Shown here: one piece after another, positions 51,001-63,155 of the stretch
Layout: each line of letters opens with the position of its first letter
Numbering within the stretch: position 1 is the first letter of the stretch
From: Malacoraja senta
Taxonomy: Eukaryota
Assembly: GCA_038087875.1 (NCBI GenBank)
Contig: CM075981.1
Span: 78,430,001 to 78,494,000 of the forward strand
DNA: 64,000 nucleotides
Reading direction: 5' to 3'
Translations under genes and position numbers: made by a program
Notes under the pieces: model-generated
What the model was told of the DNA's origin: nothing
What the model saw: the letters and a program-made list of their open reading frames with translations, nothing else
The model's database searches: none

Positions 51001-54000
51001 GTATCTCCTTGCAGTTTTAGGATATTGTATCTTGCAAATGCACGGACGTAACAGTTTTAAAACTTACGCGCACAGGCGTTCTGGACGTTATGCAGTAAGA
51101 TAGAAAAAAAGTTCTGAAAAAAACTTTCAGCTCTTTCTTTCTCTGATGTTCTAAATTTGTGTCACAGACGCCACAATGACTTTTCTTTCCCAATCCCATA
51201 AAGGACTAAGCCAAGGACAACATAAAAAACAAAGTGACTGCAGGAACTTATTTGTTGCAAGTTTTAGAAGAAAAATCAGCAGTTTCAAAAGAGAAGGATT
51301 ATAATTCTGAAATATTTTGTGAAACATAATACAAATATTCAAAACAGCCTTTACATTGTAAAGTAAAATTATAATTCTGCAGCATAAGATGAATCCAGGA
51401 TTGTGATACTTTGTTCGGTCAATCTTAGCTGGTCAGGCAAGTTACTTTCAGAAGCCACAGTGATGAGTAAAGAGTTGAACATTTAATCTTATAGCACTTT
51501 AACGTTAAACACTAATGTCCAATGTTCCAAAAGTAAGATTAACTGTTATTAAAATGCAGGTTACTATTATGTACACAACTGGCAGAGAAGGGGGAATTAG
51601 TTTGGAATTCTTCAACTAAATAGCAATTGGCTACATAGAAACATTTGGTGGTAAAGTTGGGCATTGAGAGGGGGGGAATTGTTTTTAATCATTGACTTCT
51701 AACTTACTGAATGACAAATATAAATGCAACAAGATCATAAAGGCAGAAAACATTTTAATATATTGATTTTACATATAAGATACAATGTGTTTCCACTTTT
51801 TTTTAATGGATTAAATGCATTGTAGAACATAGTAGTTTGGGTAGGTTATGAAATCTATGCACCTTTCAGAACCATCTCTGTTAGAAAATGCGAGGATAAT
51901 TGGAGACCATATTTACAAAGAAGTTTGTTCAGCGTTTTTTCCCCCCCTGGATTTGTTTCCATCTAATCCTATGGCAAAAGAACACCAGTCTATCTAAATT
52001 GAAATTTATAAACCTTGGATGTAAATCAACAAAGTGTTCATGTCGAACTTCCATTTCGATAGCACATTTCACGTGTTCCCCAAATGCAGCCAATTCAGTA
52101 TATTTGAGGTCTCGCCACAATTGTAGGAAGTACAACAGCTAGTTTGTCCCACCAGTATAATAGCAAAAATGGAAGCACACAGCAGATCAGGCAGCATCTA
52201 AGGAGAAGTCTGAGATTATCAGAACTGCATCTGAACATACATAATGTCAGTTTTTCTAAGCAGTAAATTTATGTGTGTGAAATGAGTATATTGGAGACCT
52301 GATGCTATTCTTTGATAGGAAAGATTTGGTGTGGAATATTTCTATTTTAAAATTCACTTTTTCTTCTGGCTTAGCCCAGAGGAATGAACTTAAATCTTAT
52401 AAACTGAATTTATGCTGATGCAGTTCTCATTTTGCCAGTCACTTAGAATGGAAAAAAATGCTTCAATGGTTAGAAGACATTTACAGACTTTTTACCAGGC
52501 CCAAATTTTGCACAAATGAACACATTGGATGAATTGGGACATTGATGGTAAATAGAATGAGAGGAGGTTCATAGATGCTAACTATTCCTCTGTTGCAATA
52601 GAAATATCTTGCTCGTTAAACTCAGATTTGTTGCTGTTTTGGATGAAGTTCTTCAATTCTGGTGTGACTGTGATGCTGCTGTTGCCAGTATCAGTGCTGA
52701 AAAATTAATATAAAAATTGAGATTATTAGTTGCTAATTTTCAAAATTTAGGGCTTGTTTGGAAAATTATTCCAGAGCATATTTTCTCAATCATTGCAGAA
52801 TCATATCTAATGTTTAACATAGAAACAGAAAATAGGTGCAGGAGTAGGCCATTCTGCCCTTCAAGCCTGCACCGCCATTCAATATGATCATAGCTGATCA
52901 TCCAACTCAAGTTTAGTCTTTGTATAACACATTACAGAGGTTATTGTGTTTTCAAACAGTGAAATCATTCTCCAGGTTAGGGTGAGAGAGGAATGGGAGA
53001 ATCAAGTATGTTTTGTTTTCTTCTGCTCCTATCTGTGATATGTACTTACTGGAACTGAAGGGAGTAAAAAAATCACTCAGCAAGATGTGGTAAAGTCTGT
53101 CTATGGATGAATAGCCATAGCTCTTCATTCTCTGATGCTCTACATTTGTTGCTTCATTAAGGAAGACAGATATGATTGCCATGCAAATCTTAATTGAGAA
53201 TTAAATCGGACTGCACTGGTTGAAGCTAAAATATGTACGATCAGTGAATGTTGTCAGCTTCATGCGTATTGCTGTATTTTGGGGCACTTATTGCATGTCC
53301 ACACATTTGTCCCAGTGATAGTTTAAAGGGTCGGCTTTATTGATGGAGTACTGGAAGTAAAACATAATTCATTTACCTCAGCTGATGGTGTGTCGGCCCT
53401 TAAAATTATTGCTGTAGAAATACTTGGGATATACTCCCCTCTCTGCCATTCTTGCATTTCTACGAAGAAATAATTTTGGGAAAGATCTACTGACCCCACC
53501 AAATTAGCATTTAACAGTGCTGCCGTTGATTAAATTTGGGCTCGTTTTTTCTTTAATGACGTAAGATTCCTGCAGTGCATTGATTAGTGTAAATTATGAG
53601 GACATGCAAACGATAGGCAGGGAAGAATGGGGTAAGACTTGAATGCGTGTAACACCATTTGAAATAACCGCTTGCTTTTTGACCTCTCGAAATAGTGGCG
53701 GCCTGACTATTTAGATGATTATTTCTGTGAAATTATGGTATACGTGGAGCTAAAAGAGGAAATGAGGGGAGAGGACCAAATTCAGATTTCAAGTAAAAGA
53801 TCACTAAACTGAGGAGATGGGGCATTCATTTACACCTGTGGATTCCTAATATCTTTTCAATTCCTTTCTTTGAGTGATTTATGTTCTGCAAGAACCCTAT
53901 GTTCGTGGGCTCAGTCAATGAATTACCAAGTAAATCACTCACACATATATTGGTAGATTCATTGTTTGCCACTGGACCTGACAGGTAGTGGTGTGATCCA

Positions 54001-54950
54001 AGTAAGCAATGGTGAAAGTCCATTGATGCTAACATCTATTTTGAAGCTATTTTTAATCCTTTGGTTGGCCAATGCAATGCAGTAGCATTGCAAATAACAA
54101 CAGCATCTCACTGTATTAATCTAGTGATTTTTGCCTATATAATTCCAGATTAAGGAAAACTACTGTATAATATATAATAACCCTAGAGTTTTCTAACGTG
54201 TCTCCTAAATTTATATAATGACAGAAATATAACTGCAATAATCATAGCTTAATAAATATTGGATGATGCAATTTTAGCCAACCCTTATTTCACTTTCCCC
54301 TTGTAATATTGAACAAAAAAGTGCCATTTCCAATATAACTTGCAGTTGTGTAGCTTTTTGCCGTTTGTTAACAATATCTACACCAAGATCGTCTGATAAA
54401 CAGAAGTTACCCATGAGAGTTAGAGGTTCTACACTGACTTTTGTGGGCTTTTCTGGAATAATTTTTTTAAAGATAGCACTCCTGAAGGTGAAAGCTCTGT
54501 AATAGTCAAAAGGTTCAAAGCTTCTTTGCTCCTTTCTTGAAACACACCCAGTCTTTTATGTAAGAGATCTGTCCTTTTTATTTTCTGTAATAAACTTACT
54601 TTTGCAAATTAAATTGTTTTGACACATATTTATTAACTAGTAACTAATCTGAGGAAAATTTATTGCTGTATTAACTTTTTCATTGTTGCTGCTAAAGTCT
54701 TTTAGCACCAGTTTTGTCGTGAACAGTGTATAAAATCTTTGTTTTAACTGTGAATCGAGGTATTTTTTATTATTGATGGTATTGAATGAGGTATGGACTG
54801 AATTTGATGGCTGGTAGTTGAGTAGATGTTGGACTCAAGGCCACATTCATTTTTGTTACATGCAATAAAATTTGAACTTTAAATATCTGTGCTGATTTGA
54901 ATTTCTTGGCTAGATCTTAATACTTTTGAACATCAACAGAACACAATAAA
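48065..54950 (+). promoter_or_regulatory. Candidate long SMURF1 3'UTR with several possible polyA signals
   Basis: AT/U-rich and nearly transposon-free compared with introns; AATAAA at 49838, 54589, 54864 and 54945. The true end cannot be determined from sequence alone. Confidence 0.45.
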
Positions 54951-55709
54951 GCACGTCTTAGAATGAAGTAAAAAATACAAAATCAAGTTTTAAGTTTAAA
55001 TATATTATTCACTACAACAAACATGCTAAACATGGACATGTACTTCAAGAGCCCTCTTTCTCTGTGCTGCCTAGGATCATATCTAATATACTGTTGAATA
55101 TAGAATTCTCATTCAACCATATCAATGATATAAGATTTTTACTTTGTAAAAAGTTGGGGTGTAAATTGACTTGTTTATTAATGTTATTGCAATGACATTT
55201 TTAAAGTGTAATTTTAAAGTGCGGTTTTTGACTAAACTGCATCAGGACATCCTAAAATGATTTTTTTGTCAAGGAAGGTTTCCTGCTTGATTCTCCAGGT
55301 CACAATGGGAGAGTGAAAATCATTTAAAGATGAAAAGCAAAAAAAGAGCATTTATGTGCAAATATTTAGAGCTTTTTACATTACAACTTTAGTGTAAGGA
55401 AACTGTGTTTAACACAATATCATTATTGTACATTCCAGCACTTGATTTGTTTTTGTCTGTTAATCCTGATGAGTGCACTAAAACGAAGAATAGTGTGATT
55501 AACAACTTCACATTTCAGTAAAATACCTTAACATGCATCATTGGATGCATTCCCACCAATAATTGCAGTGTTAGTTTTGGCACTTTTTCTTTTTGCGTCT
55601 TAAAATGTACCTACCTTATTCTTAAAGAAATTTCCTTTTATGCTTTCCATGGGAAAGCAAGGGGGCTGAAAGATGTCAGGAATCTGCAACCGTAACCATC
55701 CCAGCGACA

Positions 55710-55801
55710 CTGAAGAAGGGTCTCGACCCGAAACGTTACCCATTCCTTCTCTCTAGAGGTGCTGCCTGTCCCGCTGAGTTACTCCAGCTTTTTGTGTCTA
55801 T
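55710..55801 (+). mobile_element. Short Penelope-derived insert with intact minimal hammerhead core
   Basis: CTGAAGA-A-GGGTC(TC)GACCC-GAAACGTTACC followed by the family tail. Confidence 0.85.
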
Positions 55802-56268
55802 AGACATTGTTTGATATTGTTTGAGTATTAATCCTGAAATCATTAGAATCTCTTTATCGCCTTAACCCCTGAAGCAAAAATAATCATGTATTTGATCCAT
55901 GAAGAATCATTGGGTTTCACTCTCCTTTCCCACTTCTGACTCGATGCCACAACTCAAAGAATTGCTGACCATTCATTGCATCGGCTGCTTCACTACCGAT
56001 CATTTGATACTGTTTCGGCATTTTGCAAACTGGGATGTTTCCTTAGCTCCCTATAAACTGACCAGTTCACCATTGTCCCACTTTTTCTAAACTCGGTGGA
56101 TCCATGCTTCCATCAAATTTGCAGGGTTCACTGGAAATTGTATTATACTACGATGTAGCATTTTTTTTTTTTAAGTGGATTGGGTTATTAATAACAGTCA
56201 GGTTGAATAATCCAGTGAATGTGTCAGTCCACCAAGGTCCCAAGAATTCAAGAATACTGGAAGACAAG

Positions 56269-56363
56269 GTAGCCAAAAGTGCTGGAAAAACTCAGCGGGT
56301 GCAGCAGCATCTATGGAGCGAAGGAAATAGGCAACGTTTCGGGCCGAAACCGTTCTTCAGATT
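56269..56363 (-). mobile_element. 95-bp Penelope-derived insert with hammerhead motif and 12-bp TSD
   Basis: Minus strand CTGAAGAACGGTTTCGGCCCGAAACGTTG; TSD CTGGAAGACAAG at 56257-56268 and 56364-56375. Confidence 0.85.
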
Positions 56364-58075
56364 CTGGAAGACAAGACTTCTGAAGTTGAAATAAGCCCAT
56401 CAGAGAGATTGATTCCACACTTATGGAGCCCTTTAATTCTTTTTCCAACAGCAATAAAAGATCTCTCCAAAATACTTCAAAATAGAAGTTAAGTGAATAA
56501 TTACCTAAATTGATAACATTGTTAATAAAGGAATATTTGAAATTTGAATATCCATTAATTAGATAAAAGTGATCAAGGTATCAATACTCAATGTTCAGAG
56601 TATCACCAATAGGTTACTTTATTTTTTAATAATAGGCAAAGTTAACTGAATTAGGCAGATAATTTATTTTCTCATCTTTTTTTCTTCTTTTAGAATAGTT
56701 TATAATTCCAATGGCATATTGACGTGCAAGATGTAATTCTCACAGTGAGTAACATTACATGTGTTTTTAATTCAAAACTATCTTGGTTCCAGGAAATAAG
56801 ATATCTGGAAATCATGGGAATGTATGCTGTATGTGAACATGGGATGTAAGTCGCTGTGGTGTTTCATAGGATGGGCACGTACTGCTGATGGTTCCTGGGA
56901 CTTTATGAGGGTCCACAGTGTTAAATGGTGCAATTGCAGTAAGAATTATCACAATTATCAACATGACAGGAAGGTTATAGTGTGGAAAGAGGCTATTCGG
57001 TCCAATGTGTCCACACCAATATGTCTGATTTATTGAATTCTTGTTTATTATACGTCTGAGTATCGTGTTTACAGGCCTGTTATGCTGCTGCAAGTAAGAA
57101 TTTAATTGTTCCATTGTCAGTACATTTGACTCTTGATCAACTCAATTCGTGAGCAAATCAGATTACACTGGTTCAAGCTAAAACATGTACAATCAGTGAC
57201 TGTTGCAAGCTTCATGCAAATTCCAGTATCCCTCTTTGCATGGTGTTTTATTTATCGTTTCTACTACTTAGTTCCTTCTTGAATGAAACAACTGAATCTG
57301 CCTCTACCACAACCCTCAGCAATCATTTGCAGACCCTGCCCATACCCCAGGGGCACAATAAAGTAGAAATGTCATCTCGTATCACAATGAGTTGTTTTGC
57401 CAATCACTTTCACTCCTCACCCTTTGGTCAATAGGAGCCTACTCCATCCGTTCAGCTGCTCTTTGTAATTTTAAGGGTTTTTTTCAGATCCCCTATTGAC
57501 CTTTTCAGTTCGAAAGAGAATGATTCCAACTTCTCCAGTCTATCCAGGCAACTAAAGCCCCTCATCCATGGAATCAAAATTGACTTGACGAGATGGTGAA
57601 AGAGGTGTTTGGCATGCTGATCTTCATCAGTCAGGGAATTGAGTCCAGAAGTTCAGAAGTCATGTTATTGTAGACTCCAGTGCCTGCAAACTCTGACCAT
57701 GCAAAAGCAAAGATCACAGTGGCTGGTGAGATTAATCCGAACATCATTACCCAGTGAGTGATCCTTCACTTTTATAAATCAGTCCAAGGGAAGTTTGTCT
57801 CATTACCTCCTTGACTGCCAGAATTGTCCCTTGTTAAACTAATGTTTTTTTTTTCTTTAGTTAGAAAATATACCGAGCACGTATCAACCTGCGATTATCT
57901 AGGATTAGTGCTATTTCAAGTTTTCATTGTTAAAGTTTTATAAATAAAATGTAAACGCCCATACTCCCAACTATATATCGGCCCAAACAAGTACAGTAGA
58001 AGGTCAACTTTGATTAGGGTTTGCAGAAGTAAAATTGGGTTTTCGGGAGTCTAACTCTGAAGCTTCCCTGACCTT

Positions 58076-58262
58076 AGACACAAAATGCTGGAGTAACTCA
58101 GCAGGTCAGGCAGCATCTCTGGAGAGAAGAAATGGGTAGACAAAAGTGCTGGAGAAACTCAGCGGGTGCGGCAGCATCTATGGAGCGAAGGAAATAGGCA
58201 ACGTTTCGGGCTGAAACCCTTCTTCAGAAGAAATGGGTGACGTTTCGGGGTGAGACCTTTCC
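58076..58262 (-). mobile_element. Two nested Penelope-derived short inserts
   Basis: Inner TSD AGAAGAAATGGGT (58125-58137 and 58226-58238); outer TSD TCCCTGACCTT (58065-58075 and 58263-58273). Confidence 0.85.
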
Positions 58263-58663
58263 TCCCTGACCTTTTTCTCTTTGGATTTCTCGAGACCAGA
58301 AATCTCATGTTATAAATTTGAGATGATCTAGTGCCAGGAATACTAATGTTGTTTACTTCATTTCCCAGTGCCTAGTGATTTTCCCAATTGTGGTGCACAG
58401 TAAGGTCTCATTCTCCTGTGGTTAATACTGGGGGATTTAGTGTCCTATCCCCAAGGTCTCAAATAATTAAATGAAAACCTCAATCATGTTATGAATTAGT
58501 CTTGGACGTCACCAAAACTAACATTTTTCCACTCAATCATATCCTGAGAAACCTCTCTTCGTTTGTAACAATGGAGTATTGCATTTAGTTTAATGTATTT
58601 GATCTAACTAAGATAAAACCAGGACCTCGTTATTTTGAGTGGTATCAGTTTCATACCAAGTTA

Positions 58664-59120
58664 GTCATACAAAACAGAAACAGTACCTTAGGCTCAACTC
58701 ACCCTTGCCAACCAAGATGCCCCTTCTACACTAATCTTTCCTGCCTGCATGAGCCCATATCCCACAAAACTCTTCCTATCCATGTTCCTGTCCAAATGTC
58801 TTTGAAATGTTGTTATTGTACCTGCCTTGACCACCTCCTCTGGCAGCTCATACCATATAACCATCATTCTCACTGTGGAAAACGTCACCTCACAAGTTCC
58901 TATTAAATCCCCTCTCAGCTTAAACCTGTGGCCCTAGTTCTTGATTCCTCTACCCGGGTGAAATACATTATGCATCTACACAATCTATTTCCCTCTTACA
59001 CACCTCTCTAAGATCACCCCTCAGCCTCCTGCGCTCCAAGAAATAAAGTCCTAACCTGCCCAACCTCTCCCTGTAGCTCAGACCCTCAAGTCCTGCCAAT
59101 GTCTTTGTACATTTTCTCTG
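58664..59120 (-). mobile_element. Older CR1 3' fragment
   Basis: LEGLSYRERLGRLGLYFLERRRLRGDL on the minus strand. Confidence 0.85.
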
Positions 59121-59309
59121 CAATTTCCACCTTAATAATTCTAGAATTGGGATAAAGAAGGCAGGCACCAGCAGCATCCCTACTATATCCCCTGGACACC
59201 TGACAGCAATGGGCCTGGACTTTGAGTGGAAAAACCTTGACATGTTTTATTCAAGACGTGTTTTATAATTAATCCCACATTCCCATTGACAGTGAAATCA
59301 ATAGCCATT

Positions 59310-59896
59310 AATAGACAATAGGTGCAGGAGTAGGCCATTCGGCCCTTCGAGCCAGCACCGCCATTCAATGTGATCATGGCTGATCATCCCCAATCAGTAC
59401 CCCGTTCCTGCCTTTTCCCCATGTCCCCTGACTCCGCTATCTTTAAAGAGCCCTATCCAGCTCTCTCTTGAAAGCATCCAGAGAACCTGCCTCCACCGCC
59501 CTCTGAGGCAGAGAATTCCACAGACTCGCAACTCTCTGTGAGAAAACGTGTTTCCTCGTCTCCGTTCTAAATGGCTTATCCCTTATTCTTAAACTGTGGC
59601 CCCTGGTTCTGGACTCCCCCAACATCGGGAACATGTTTCCTGCCTCCAGCGTGTCCAAACCCTTAACAATCTTATATGTTTCAATAAGATGCCCTCTCAT
59701 CCTTCTAAACTCCAGAGTGTACAAGCCCAGCTGCTTCATTCTCTCAGCATATGACAGTCCCGCCATCCCAGAAATTAACCTTGTAAACCTACGCTGCACT
59801 CCCTCAATAGCAAGAATGTCCGTCCTCAAATTAGGGGACCAAAACTGCCCACAATACTCCAGGTGTGGTCTCACTAGGACTCTGTACAACTGCAGA
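59310..59896 (-). mobile_element. Young CR1 3' fragment, same subfamily as 1115-1686
   Basis: ORF 59443-59889 (YRVLVRPHLEYC...FKRELDRAL); CTATTGT tail. Confidence 0.93.
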
Positions 59897-62111
59897 AAGA
59901 AACATGTTATGGCCTGTTTAATATCCAGGATGGCAAGTCATGGGAAACTCATGCCAATATTTCTATGAGAACCAAAATGTCACCGGGCCCACAGATTTTG
60001 TATTTGAGAAAAGGGTAACTATAGATTCCTACATCATTAGGAGGTCACTGATCCATCACGTTTGTGCCCACTCCCACAAAGCGCTGTGTAATTAACCATG
60101 ATCCTCTTGCTCTTTTCCCATAATCCTGCCAAATATCTTCTATCAAGTAAACATCCAGTTTCCTGTTAGAGATTATTACTTAATCTGCTTCCTTTTTATA
60201 CCGCATATGCCAGATTACAACAATATGCATCGTACCAAAGCCCCATATTGCATAGAAGATTTTATTTTGCTTATTGTATCTCAAAAGCTGTTTGCCAACT
60301 CATCTGCCAATGGAGTTGTGTTTCCATATTCACGCTGTACATCAAACTCAGAACAGTGCAGCTCAGGAACACCATGTCTGAGCCGAACATGATGCCGTGT
60401 TAAAATAATCTCCTCTGCCTGCATATGATCCATATTCCTCCATTCTCTGCATATCCACACATCTACTGTATCTAATAGCCTCTTAAATACCACTATCGTA
60501 TCCTTAAATACCACTATGCTGCCTCCAACATCACCCATGGGAGGGCGTTCTGGACACCCATCACTCTGTGTTTAAAAGAATCTTGCCCCGCACATCATCT
60601 CACAGCTTATAATGCTAGACATTCAATCAATGCAACTAATGCACAAAGGAATGCATTCAACTTAAAAATAATAATCAGATGATGCATTACTGGCAAGGCC
60701 ATCATTTATTGACACATGAACACCTCTCATCCTCCCATTCAGCACCTTTATGAGCATACCTCTCATCCAATTTCCATTTCACAAGCCTTATTCAATAACT
60801 CAAGCCTGCACTTTGCCACCATCATTATGACTAAGCACATTTCCCTCCTCTCCAGATTCCCATGGACCTACTTCCTTCCACAAACCTGTGATCCAATCAT
60901 TCCCAACAACGCTGTCCTTCCAGTGATACCTGCCTGTGTGAGTGTAGGAGGTACAATGCCTGTCCTTTTCTCTCTACCCTTTGCAGAGCCCAAACACACA
61001 GCCCACGTGAAACTGAAGATTGCTTGTAATTCTGTCAACTGTTCATGCATGGTCTTCTCTACTTTAGAAGGACCAAATGATCTCACAACGAAGCTCATGA
61101 GTCATAGGAGTAGAATTAAGCCATTTGGCCCATCGAATCTGTATGGCTGATCTATCTTTCTCTCTCAACTCCAATTTTCAAGAGAATTTCCTTAATGGCA
61201 TTTTCTTCCTCTAAACCATCCGCACCTCATAATCCTTCTGCTCTCCTGGTCGGATGAAAGGTCTCACCTGGTGAGTCACTCATTATGTTTCTGCTCTATA
61301 TTAAACACCATTCTCGTGTTAGCTTTTCAATAAAAAAATACTTGTTTTGGTTTCTGATGCTTTCATTTCAATTTGTGTAAATAACGCAGAGGTAGTTTTG
61401 TTACTATTTTTTAAAAAACGATTAAGCAATGAGATCTCATCAAAATAAGCAATATTTTTTAATACATTTCATAAGATTTGTTTATTTTCAATAGATGAAA
61501 GGTACTTTAGAGCTTTTGTCAAAGCAGATTTTTAAACCAGTCTAAACTTTTGTAAAAATTGTTTTTTTTGCATTTTAAATGAATGACGCTCTTCCTAGAT
61601 TCCTGTTCTCTTTAAATTGAACCTTATTATGAAAAATTATTTAAATAATTTTACATTAAGGGAAGGAAGCTGAAAAACTAATATGAATGACTGGGCAACA
61701 TGCCAAGATGATCGAAGATAGACACAAAATGCTGGACGCAAATGCAGCGGGACGGGCGGCATTTTTGGAGAAAAGGAAGATGATCAAAACGATCTTTTTT
61801 TTAACTGATCTAAATGGTTCAAGTCATGTCACAAGATGTCATCTCTGAAAGGGTTGCAAATGGGCATGGAAACACAAGGAACTACAGATGCTGGAATCTT
61901 CAGTCTGAAGATGTGTCCCGACCTGAAACATCGTCAGTCGATTCCCCCCAGAGATTCCCCCCACCCATGCACTTTGTGTTTAGCAAATAGGAGTAACCGA
62001 ATTATTGATGACTGTGGTCTGAGAAACATGTGGTGGAAAATAATTTTATAGATAAATTCCATATCTGTTATACTCACGTACTTAACGCATGGGCCTCCTC
62101 TGTGGCTGGGT

Positions 62112-63155
62112 TTAAGTGTGCGATAGACTCTCTGTGCACGGATGATGTCCAGAAGATGTTGATCTTTGGGACAAAACCCTGTGGCATTTCCTTTTGGAGA
62201 ACTTTGCCTTTCGGTTCCTCAGGTACTCTTTGTAATTTTTTGTCAGTAAGGTGTAGAGGAAAGGATTAATGCAGCTGTTGCAGTATGCCAGGCAAGTCAC
62301 AAACAAATTAACGATGGCGACTGTGGTGGGAGAAATAGTTGCAGATTCAATGAAGTAGAGACAAAACAATTGCCATACCCAAAAAGGCAAGTAACAGATA
62401 CCATATATTAGGACAATCCCAAAAATCATATAGAGGATTTTCAGCTTCGGTGCCTTCGTCACTTCCTTCCTGCTTTGGGATGTCCAGTAAGTACGAGCTA
62501 ACTTTATGTATAAGAATCCTATTAATATCCCTGGAGTCAATATACAAGTATTAAAAAGCACGGTCAGATAGATCCTGTGAGTGTGTTCTGGCCATGTGGA
62601 GCGGCACATACGTTTTATTGTCCCGTTCTTGGCAAATTCTCTGAGATCGGTCATTATCATCGTAGGAAGGGCAAGGAGAATGGAAACTAGCCATACCACA
62701 CTAATGATGACCCTCCTGTAACCGTTGTTTTTCCTATACGTCGTCAGGGGTTTCACCACCGCTAAGTACCTCTCTATGCTCATGACAGTCAACATGAAGA
62801 TGCTGGCGTGCATAGTCAGGAAGTCCAAGCTGAGGAGGAATCTACAGCCAAGTTCTCCAAAGTACCAGTCCTTCACAAAGTACGTGCACACCACAAATGG
62901 GATGGTGGTGAGGTAGAGGAGGTCGGCCAAAGCCAAGTTTACTATGTAGGCGTACATGGAGCCAGTGTACTTCGTGGACAAATTCATCACGACCAGGACG
63001 TAGACATTGCCTATAACTCCCATCAAACACATGACGCTCAGAATGGTCCCCAGCAATATTGTCATCAGTTTCTCATTCACTCTCCCAGGGGCTGAAGAGG
63101 AAGAGTTTCCAATGGCGGACAAGTTACTCTGAGTGCCAACAGCTGTCGCCTCCAT
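62112..63155 (-). CDS. UTS2R: Urotensin-II receptor-like class A GPCR (347 aa from first ATG; single coding exon; paralogue number not assignable)
   Basis: 7TM ORF with UTS2R signatures: NLALADLLYL, GCRFLLSLDFLTMHASIF (TM3 Asp), SIERY, LPFWVWQL, NSCINPFLYTLLTKNY; N-terminal N-glycosylation sequons. The ORF-track start at 63161 is a TTG; the first ATG is at 63155. Confidence 0.92.
   Translation of the reverse strand: MEATAVGTQSNLSAIGNSSSSAPGRVNEKLMTILLGTILSVMCLMGVIGNVYVLVVMNLSTKYTGSMYAYIVNLALADLLYLTTIPFVVCTYFVKDWYFGELGCRFLLSLDFLTMHASIFMLTVMSIERYLAVVKPLTTYRKNNGYRRVIISVVWLVSILLALPTMIMTDLREFAKNGTIKRMCRSTWPEHTHRIYLTVLFNTCILTPGILIGFLYIKLARTYWTSQSRKEVTKAPKLKILYMIFGIVLIYGICYLPFWVWQLFCLYFIESATISPTTVAIVNLFVTCLAYCNSCINPFLYTLLTKNYKEYLRNRKAKFSKRKCHRVLSQRSTSSGHHPCTESLSHT

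Noticed and set aside
62112-63155. MCH or somatostatin receptor identity
   Set aside because: LDFLTMHASIF, ERY and NPFLYTLLT are UTS2R-type signatures.
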